A DNA stretch of 64,000 nt from a virus. Lineage: Duplodnaviria > Caudoviricetes. The notes under the pieces were generated by a model, which saw nothing but the letters and a program-made list of their open reading frames with translations, was not told the DNA's origin and searched no databases. A program made the position numbers and the translations under genes. Shown in pieces: positions 58,101 to 64,000 of the stretch. The DNA lies in IMG/VR virus record IMGVR_UViG_3300028886_000036, positions 64,001-128,000 of that record. One strand, given 5' to 3'. Position 1 is the stretch's first letter; every line of letters begins with the position of its first letter.

Positions 58101-58374
58101 AGAGTTATTATCCGCTACTAAAGGAACAAATTATACAAAATTATCTAATGGTTTGATTATTCAATGGGGGTCTGGAGTCGAAAAGGGATCGGATCAAATA
58201 ATATCATTTCCAGTAGCGTTTAGTAACACTAAATATCAAGTTGTAATAGCTGCTACTGACTCATATGGCGGAGCTGACCCAACTTACGTAAAGTCTAAAG
58301 CTACAACAGGATTTTATGCTAGTAACGATTATTGGAGCAACATGACAATATATTGGATTGCTATAGGATATTAG
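55180..58374 (+). CDS. Tail fibre protein; ATA start at 55180 (89 codons upstream of the track start)
   Basis: SD GGAGGTG 7 nt before ATA; the extension has no stops and is paralogous to the N-terminus of 58392; C-terminal YTKLSNGLIIQWG..ISFPVAF..YWIAIGY receptor-binding domain. Confidence 0.85.
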   Translation: MAIKTESSKSIKYKLTEAYLDKVLTTDNIAYEASDVTLPVAENNKVVVTNDYGLVDYSFIEPYTTSVYDTDTDTSIVVTSGDTGRINNSLLNTTNSKTNGANKVVVTDNAGLINYNLLKASTTPTASYIPIANSSNKLDNNWLNNVVSSSGATDKSKFVLTNSSGKINNNLLNTTTTPTASSIPLSDSNGKINDAWLTTTVTSTPNTIVKLDSTGKLDASLIKTGLFIPMTGGEPSGNILVTRPGDSANKSLDNLKSKYPNFYGFGANSYTDGFLIGLDGSSNSNNYLVIATLDDGNEPIYVRQYGGTQGYLNMANNVAHELTLMDKDGYTSVLKLTSANDIISTNGGLSVKSNITSTNGNLSINGTSSLKGNVSVGESTSKPANLTVYGTGYFVRTTDAAGATNNKPALIVGGLDTAMHLELDGNEIQAKADGTNYGTIGINIDGGNVSVGNDDKNSTVTLRKNTTITGTGTIAGNTTIGNDNSKSTLKVFGGVTADNGLTVNNAVLTANKGATIKGAVLDAQAGTKTTTLNATGAATLGSTLSVTGASTLTGAVEAKNGINVTGGNITITAGASTTSGIANYIRGQTAANDHWRIAGGATASNSGYLELATADDSTEPIHIRQYSGDFATLKRTATLLDGSGNTTFPGTVTAGGLSTTGAVSVGSLKSTGLVEAGSMKSNGTFSASGNTTIGGTLGVTGATTLSNTLTVTKSTTLNDSLTVSKATTIGGLLTANGHIIIPNGGNVVSASYNSPHLTLGSSTGTHIEIDNNEIAAKASASDVGVLYLQDGGGSVKIGGGEGTADLQVCGKVLIDNGKTLNMRAEDGSERVVLRISRTGGHGGGGDDVFLTGGGNMTAIFSGDAYGDWSSYVNNNSLATIEAEGLWSVKAAEEKDANGNTVINKYVVGVGNGKGGYSDDLYLMADKDLIIQTCIHKFDSQASGYFGYKNRKSFVFGNSGNLTVPGVVKCNNGSAELLSATKGTNYTKLSNGLIIQWGSGVEKGSDQIISFPVAFSNTKYQVVIAATDSYGGADPTYVKSKATTGFYASNDYWSNMTIYWIAIGY

Positions 58375-58391
58375 TTTGAAGGTGATAACAA

Positions 58392-59144
58392 ATGGCTATA
58401 TTACAACCTAAAAATAAACCTACTAATCATATTCTTAAAGAAGAATGGTTAGATACAGTATTAACTATATCTGATACTGGAGATGCTGGAACACCAGAAG
58501 TATTAGTTGATTCCGATATTAATGGTAAAATTTCAGATAACTGGTTAAATGTTACCAAACAGAAGGTAACTACCTCAAGTAGTAATTATGATAGAAATGC
58601 TTCTGGTTATCTTGTAAAAGTTAATTTAAACAGCACAATAGATCCATCATTATTAAACTTATATCATTCAAATAGTAATACAGCAATAGTCAATTTAGAT
58701 TCAAATGGTCAAATACCGTTAAGTCTAATACCAAGTTCTACCTCTGGAGGAATTAGTGGAAGATTTGTAGAAACTAATTCAGATGGTAAAATTGACTATA
58801 GCTTTTTATCTATAACTGCAGATGTATTAGCAAATACTATAGTTAAAACAGATACTGATGGGTATATTAAAAGAAGTTTATTAGATATAACTAGAATAAT
58901 TAGAGTACTTAAAGTTACTGTTTCAGCTAATGCTAATTATAAGATTAATGATACTTCACAAAATTCTAACGCTAATTCTAGTGAAACTTTAAAGATACCT
59001 GAAAATAGAAAAGATCTATATGTATTTCACAATGGAATGCTTTTGATGGAGAATACCGACTATACACTTGCTACTAATGGTACATTTACATTTACAAATG
59101 GGTTATCAAACGGAGATGTTTTACAAATCATAGCCCTGAACTAG
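58392..59144 (+). CDS. Tail fibre adaptor-like protein
   Basis: GKIxxxWL/L repeats as in fibre N-termini; VFHNGMLL..DYT domain. Confidence 0.7.
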   Translation: MAILQPKNKPTNHILKEEWLDTVLTISDTGDAGTPEVLVDSDINGKISDNWLNVTKQKVTTSSSNYDRNASGYLVKVNLNSTIDPSLLNLYHSNSNTAIVNLDSNGQIPLSLIPSSTSGGISGRFVETNSDGKIDYSFLSITADVLANTIVKTDTDGYIKRSLLDITRIIRVLKVTVSANANYKINDTSQNSNANSSETLKIPENRKDLYVFHNGMLLMENTDYTLATNGTFTFTNGLSNGDVLQIIALN

Positions 59145-59159
59145 TGAAGAAAATAATTC

Positions 59160-59176
59160 TGAACAAATATTAGAGA
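59160..59176 (+). promoter_or_regulatory. Candidate phage late-promoter motif TGAACAAATATTAGAGA
   Basis: Recurring motif, followed by a 5' leader hairpin. Confidence 0.6.
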
Positions 59177-59244
59177 TAGTGAAGTATACTCCAGACTACT
59201 CTATTATCTCTAATACCTATCTTTTAAAATAAAGGAGGTGAGGA

Positions 59245-61194
59245 GTGCTGGCTTATACATATAAAGGAATACAAAATGTTACTAACCAGAATGTAGACCC
59301 TACTAATAAAACATATTTTATAGAGCATGCTGAAACATCGGCTAATCAAGTTATAGTAAATCAAGAAAGAAATATTAGACTTAATGAAGTATTAGCAGAC
59401 TTAGAAACCAGATTATCTGGTGATTCTATGTTACCTTCTCAAGCCGGTAATAGTGGTAAGTTTTTAACTACAAATGGATCATCTATGAGGTGGGCAGTTG
59501 TTGATGCCTTGCCTTCACAAACTAATAATGATGGTAAGATATTATATACTAATGGTACTAATTCTTATTGGGCTACTCCATTAGCTTTAACCTCTACAGA
59601 ATATCCAAAAGTATCTGTTGATAGTATAGGTTCCTATGGAAGTAGTAATGAAGCTGCTAGAGCAGATCATAGACATCCAATACCTGTTTATCATTTAGAA
59701 AGTTATAGCGTAGCTATTGGCGGAGAAACTGAAATGTATTTAACTGAACAACAGTATCCATCAAATGATAGACCTGTTGGATTCCATTTATATAGGAATG
59801 GGTTATTATTAACTCCAGATGTAGACTATACATTTGATGTTACTAATAGAAAGATTACATTTCAGAAAGCTTGTGAAGCTAGAGAAAATATTATTATAGT
59901 ATTAGGATATTTGCAAGGATATAATTCTCAGCAAACAGAGAGTAATATAGAGAATATATTAAATCAGATTTTAACTACTACAGATTTGCCATTGATGGAT
60001 GGAGAAGTTGCTATTGGTAATTCTACTAAAGCAGCTAATGCATTACACAGGCATCCTACAGATACTAGTAGAGCTCCTATATTCTCACCAAATTTTACAG
60101 GAACTCCTACATTAACTACTTCTCCAGGTCTTAATGATAATTCAAATAAAATAGCTACTACAGCATATGTAATGAATCAATTTGATCATTACAGTAGTAA
60201 TGTTGTTGATAATATCATACCAGATCAGACAGGTAAAGCTAATCTAGTTTTATCTACTGATGGAGAACATTTAAGATGGGTTCAAAATAAAAGTGCTCAA
60301 GAGCTTCCTGATTATAGTACTGCAACTTCAGGAGATGTTTTAGGTATCGATGAAGAAGGTCATCTTCATTGGACTGAAGTATCTTCACCCACTGGAATTC
60401 CAGATACTATTACAGCAGAAGCTAATGAAGTATTATCGTTAGATAGTAATAAAGAACCGATATGGAGACCTATATTAGAAATTCCTAGTATTTCACCACA
60501 GTTGCATGATAAAGTTCTTAGTAATGATGGATATGAATTATTTTGGAAGGATAATCCAAAGTTAAATGTTACATCAACAGTTGTTCCTGCTAATAGTGCT
60601 CCTAGAGCATATATTGGAGTTTCAGAAGAAGCTGCTAGAGCTGACCATGTGCATTTAAGTGATGAAACAAAGGCTGATATAGATTCACCTGAATTTACAG
60701 GCACTCCAACATCACCTACACCTAGTTTAAATGATAATTCCACTAAACTTGCTACAACAGAATTTGTTAATAGTAAAATTTCAAGCAGTGTTACAGAACT
60801 ACTTAATACTATAGATTATGATAATTTTATATTAAATGATGATTCAAGAGTTAGAACACTGACCAATGTTGTAGAAAAACTACAAGATCTTGGTAATCTT
60901 GATGAAACTATAAATGAAGTTACTATTGACTGGAGTTTGGGCAATGTTGCACAGTTAATGTGTACCAATAACCTTAGTATTAACTTTGAAGTTAATAGTA
61001 CTCAAAATAGCAATTTTAGAGAAGTTACACTTATTTTATATGCTGCTGATAGCTATATGATTGAATGGCCAGAAAATGTTCACTGGAACGATGTGAATGC
61101 ACCCACATTTGAGACAGTGATGTCTATAATTAAGTTTGTTACTATGAATAATGGTGACGAATGGTATGGAAGTGTATTTGGTAACTTCAATTAA
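59245..61194 (+). CDS. Tail fibre-like protein (start GTG 59245 or CTG 59248)
   Basis: LPSQAGNSGKFLTTNG, AARADHxH, SPxFTGTPT..DNSxKxATT motifs; C-terminal domain shared with 39731 and 12918. Confidence 0.8.
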   Translation: MLAYTYKGIQNVTNQNVDPTNKTYFIEHAETSANQVIVNQERNIRLNEVLADLETRLSGDSMLPSQAGNSGKFLTTNGSSMRWAVVDALPSQTNNDGKILYTNGTNSYWATPLALTSTEYPKVSVDSIGSYGSSNEAARADHRHPIPVYHLESYSVAIGGETEMYLTEQQYPSNDRPVGFHLYRNGLLLTPDVDYTFDVTNRKITFQKACEARENIIIVLGYLQGYNSQQTESNIENILNQILTTTDLPLMDGEVAIGNSTKAANALHRHPTDTSRAPIFSPNFTGTPTLTTSPGLNDNSNKIATTAYVMNQFDHYSSNVVDNIIPDQTGKANLVLSTDGEHLRWVQNKSAQELPDYSTATSGDVLGIDEEGHLHWTEVSSPTGIPDTITAEANEVLSLDSNKEPIWRPILEIPSISPQLHDKVLSNDGYELFWKDNPKLNVTSTVVPANSAPRAYIGVSEEAARADHVHLSDETKADIDSPEFTGTPTSPTPSLNDNSTKLATTEFVNSKISSSVTELLNTIDYDNFILNDDSRVRTLTNVVEKLQDLGNLDETINEVTIDWSLGNVAQLMCTNNLSINFEVNSTQNSNFREVTLILYAADSYMIEWPENVHWNDVNAPTFETVMSIIKFVTMNNGDEWYGSVFGNFN

Positions 61195-61200
61195 AAGCTA

Positions 61201-61228
61201 TTGACAAGTGAGATAAAACTGTTATAAT
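61201..61228 (+). promoter_or_regulatory. sigmaA-type promoter
   Basis: TTGACA-16 nt-TATAAT with an extended -10 TG. Confidence 0.7.
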
Positions 61229-61257
61229 AACAAGTAATCTCAAAAAAGAAAGGTCGT

Positions 61258-62067
61258 ATGTTTATGATTAGAGTTAAGCTTAGTGTTCCAGAAGTTGAAG
61301 ATCCTATTTTTGACGATGAAGTTACTATGAACAATATCGAAGACTTTGAAAAAAAGTTTGACGAAATGAATGTCTATGATAGCTTCAAAGGTTATAAAGA
61401 TAGGATAAGAAATGATGTGGAAAAAGATGATGGGCTTTACAATAAAGAATATGATATTACTAGAAATAGTTTCCATAGTAAGATGACTACAAATCTTAAA
61501 AAAGAAGAGATTTCTGAAAAGGATAAGAAGTTCCTTCAGCAGTGCAAGGAAAGTGATCTTTTTAAGAAAGCACCTAAAGAAGTTATGGATTTTCTTAATA
61601 GCTTGGACAATATTAAGTTGCCAGAAATTGATCCTAATGAAGAAATTTCATTCTGGGTTACTTATCAGGCTACATTCTTAACTGAGCTGTACTCACCAGA
61701 GTTTTTTAAGAGAAATCCTAATGAAGTCATTGACAATATAGATGATCTTTCAATTAAGATTGCTATTCCTAGATCTGAATTAAACACTAAAGATGCTTTT
61801 GGATTAGTTAAAAAGAAGTTTGTAAATGCACTGTTTACTACACTTAATATTGATCCAAATACTCTTGGTGAAGATTTTAAGGATTCTTTCTTGGCTAAAA
61901 CTGGTATTATCTATTTAGACATTATTGGCGTTGATCTTACTAGAGCTACTAGAGAGAAATGTATTGATGATAGTGATGTAGATGAATTTATTAAGAATCT
62001 CTATGATGAGATGACTAAAGATACTGATATCATTACTTATAGAAATATTGTGGGATTGATTAACTAA
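61258..62067 (+). CDS. Acidic hypothetical protein
   Basis: 269 aa ORF downstream of a sigmaA promoter. Confidence 0.7.
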   Translation: MFMIRVKLSVPEVEDPIFDDEVTMNNIEDFEKKFDEMNVYDSFKGYKDRIRNDVEKDDGLYNKEYDITRNSFHSKMTTNLKKEEISEKDKKFLQQCKESDLFKKAPKEVMDFLNSLDNIKLPEIDPNEEISFWVTYQATFLTELYSPEFFKRNPNEVIDNIDDLSIKIAIPRSELNTKDAFGLVKKKFVNALFTTLNIDPNTLGEDFKDSFLAKTGIIYLDIIGVDLTRATREKCIDDSDVDEFIKNLYDEMTKDTDIITYRNIVGLIN

Positions 62068-62070
62068 TAA

Positions 62071-62110
62071 TAAAACCCCTCCTCATTTTTAAGTGAGAAG
62101 GGGATTTTAT
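62071..62110. terminator. Bidirectional terminator
   Basis: TAAAACCCCTCCTCA..TGAGAAGGGGATTTTA between convergent genes. Confidence 0.65.
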
Positions 62111-62118
62111 TATCCTAA

Positions 62119-62808
62119 TTAAGCATACTCGTGAAGATCGTCAAGAAGCTTGTTATAGATATTTTTAATAGCTGTATAATATCTCTGCTGTTCTTTTTCT
62201 GGGACAGATAACCCACGATATCTTCGAGTTGCTTTCTGGTAATTGCCGTGTTCTATTGCCAGATATTTCTGGAAAACAATAATCCCAGCCTTAATAGATT
62301 TACTGGGGTCTGTATAAAGATCTTCAGATGTGATTCCGGCTTTAGCTAACTCCTTTTTATGATAACGCGGAATAACTTGTAAAAATCCGCGTGCGGAGCT
62401 AACTTTCGGATCAGCGGTAAGTCTATAACTGCTTTCTACCTGGGCCATAGCGGTAACCCACAAGGCAAGCTTAATATTGCCTTTGGTATGATTTAAAACC
62501 GCTGACGAGATGCTTGTGACATATACATCCCGAGTCATTCCCATACATTTGTACTTATTTCTGTTAAGAATTTGATTAATATGCTCTTCAACAACTACAT
62601 CAGAGCTGTCAATCATCTCCAATTTTGACAACTTTTTCCAGTCAAAAGATTTAGGCACCTCTTTTGGAGGTTCTATTTTCTTGTTGATTGGCGGGATGTT
62701 ATTTTGCGGCACTGGTGTTGTTTCATATTGATATAACTGCACCCCCGCATAAATTCCAAAAGAAATGACCGTAACAGCGATTGCATTGATGATTCTAATC
62801 ATACCCAA
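62119..62808 (-). CDS. SLT-domain lytic transglycosylase with an N-terminal membrane anchor
   Basis: AMAQVESSY..SSARGFLQVIP..LYTDPSKSIKAG..ATRRY; hydrophobic N-terminus. Confidence 0.85.
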   Translation of the reverse strand: MGMIRIINAIAVTVISFGIYAGVQLYQYETTPVPQNNIPPINKKIEPPKEVPKSFDWKKLSKLEMIDSSDVVVEEHINQILNRNKYKCMGMTRDVYVTSISSAVLNHTKGNIKLALWVTAMAQVESSYRLTADPKVSSARGFLQVIPRYHKKELAKAGITSEDLYTDPSKSIKAGIIVFQKYLAIEHGNYQKATRRYRGLSVPEKEQQRYYTAIKNIYNKLLDDLHEYA

Positions 62809-62905
62809 ATACCCCTTTCAAAGGTTAATTTCTCCCAAATAGGGAGATTGATACTACCACAATATATATACAACTAAAATTTTTTATAAACGGAGTGATA
62901 TAAAT

Positions 62906-63421
62906 ATGGATCCTAACGAAATCATTGATACCCCTACTGGCGATACCCCTACTGGCGATACCCCTACTGGCAATAACCCTGCGCAGCCTGATACAACCCC
63001 TGGCGCTACTGAAGGTGGCGAGGGCGAAGCTGCAGAGAGCACCGAAGTTTCTGCTGGAGCTGCTGCACTTGATTCACTTGAAAAGAAGTTTGCTGATATG
63101 ACTGCTACAGAGTGTGCTCTTGGCTTTGGCGATAGTCATTGCGATTGGAGAGCTCCTCTTGCTAAGGTTGCTGTTTTTGCTGCTGCTGAAGAAGCTGCTG
63201 ATGCGGCTAAGAAGTTTACTGTTGACTACGATTTAGATGGTACTGAAGAGGAGATGACTGGCCCAGCTATTGCTGCTGCTGTTCTTGAGAAGTTCCACAG
63301 CAAGACTCAGGGCAAGATTGATAAGGAAAAGGCTATGTCTGGCGAGAAGGAAGAAGAGAACAAGGAAGAAACTGGCAACTCAGGTGGGACCGGAAACGGT
63401 GACCCAGAGGGTACTGACTAA
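62906..63421 (+). CDS. Acidic low-complexity protein
   Basis: SD GGAGTG; DTPTG x3; core KKFADMTATE..GFGD..CD.RAPLAKV. Confidence 0.75.
   Translation: MDPNEIIDTPTGDTPTGDTPTGNNPAQPDTTPGATEGGEGEAAESTEVSAGAAALDSLEKKFADMTATECALGFGDSHCDWRAPLAKVAVFAAAEEAADAAKKFTVDYDLDGTEEEMTGPAIAAAVLEKFHSKTQGKIDKEKAMSGEKEEENKEETGNSGGTGNGDPEGTD
62927..62971 (+). repeat. Perfect 15-bp tandem repeat x3 (GATACCCCTACTGGC)
   Basis: Seen directly; encodes DTPTG x3. Confidence 0.9.
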
Positions 63422-63455
63422 TTTACTATATTAAATATAAAAGGATGTGATAGTT

Positions 63456-64000
63456 GTGTCTGCAGGTAAAATTGCTCTTGAAGAAACTGCTAAAAAATTT
63501 GCAGATATGACTGCCACTGAAGGTTTGTTTGGCTTTGGGGATCTATTTTGTGATCATAGATCCCCATTAGCTAAAGTTGAAGTTTTTAAAGCTGGTGAAA
63601 TTCCTTTAGATGAAGATGTTCAAACTTTATTAGATAAAGCTAAAGCATTACACAATAAAACTAATAGGAAGAAAGAATTAGATAAAAGGTTTTATGGTAT
63701 TGAGGATAAGGAGACTGAAGAGGACTCTACTGCTTCTCCAGACACTTCGATATCTACTACTGATGAGGGCAACGATACTCCAGATAGTAATGATAACCAA
63801 AATGAAACTGTTACACCTAATACTGACCAAGTCGTAGAAACACCAACAAACAATGATCCTAAACCGGAACCTGTAGTTGAACAAACTCCAGAGGAAGAAG
63901 AAACTCCAGAAAATTCTGATCCTGAAGAGTCAACTAAAGATGAGGTAGAGGATTTAATTAATGAGTTAGATGAATTCATTAATGGTAATAATTCACCTAA
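63456..64000 (+). CDS. Paralogue of 62906..63421, truncated by window end
   Basis: GTG start; SAGKIALEETAKKFADMTATEGLFGFGDLFCDHRSPLAKVEVF; frame open to base 64000; absent from the ORF track. Confidence 0.8.
   Translation, partial: MSAGKIALEETAKKFADMTATEGLFGFGDLFCDHRSPLAKVEVFKAGEIPLDEDVQTLLDKAKALHNKTNRKKELDKRFYGIEDKETEEDSTASPDTSISTTDEGNDTPDSNDNQNETVTPNTDQVVETPTNNDPKPEPVVEQTPEEEETPENSDPEESTKDEVEDLINELDEFINGNNSP

Noticed and set aside
9499-61194. Diversity-generating retroelement or invertible tail-fibre switch
   Set aside because: No reverse transcriptase or invertase in the window, repeat differences are not adenine-specific, and no inverted fibre cassettes are seen
2221-63979. Many short antisense or out-of-frame ORFs inside long genes
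   Set aside because: Fully nested in well-supported CDSs, without an RBS or recognisable motifs
1-64000. Genome-wide TGA reassignment (genetic code 4 or 25) as the explanation for the PAAR TGAs
   Set aside because: All long genes are intact under code 11, Trp is encoded by TGG, and TGA serves as a normal coupled stop at 50306-50308, 35487-35489 and 21863-21865
1-64000. tRNA genes including tRNA-Sec, and selA/selB/selD
   Set aside because: None recognisable by eye in this window; a covariance-model scan of the full genome is needed

Overview
AT-rich segment of a large, jumbo-type myophage. The GGAGGTG Shine-Dalgarno (SD) sites and sigmaA-type promoters suggest a Firmicutes/Bacillota-like host. 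The window is mostly the tail morphogenesis region: tail sheath, tail tube, baseplate wedge, tail-collar proteins and at least six mosaic tail-fibre genes. It also holds an SNF2 helicase, a Cas4-like nuclease, a short PolB-like protein, two homing endonucleases, an SLT transglycosylase and two minus-strand cassettes of small Cys-rich genes. Main observations, several missed by the ORF track: (1) a 96-codon PAAR (T4 gp5.4-like) spike-tip gene at 18944-19234 with two in-frame TGA codons at positions that are Cys in the family, the second followed by a bacterial SECIS-like hairpin, making it a candidate phage virion selenoprotein; (2) a cluster of two radical SAM/SPASM enzymes and two Cys-rich repeat proteins inserted among the tail-fibre genes; (3) a group I intron carrying an HNH gene that splits a small Gly-rich gene (exons 4080-4127 and 4987-5433); (4) a recurring TGAACAAATA..GAGA intergenic motif, a candidate phage late promoter; (5) frequent ATA/ATT/CTG start codons. 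All family assignments come from motif recognition by eye, with no database searches.
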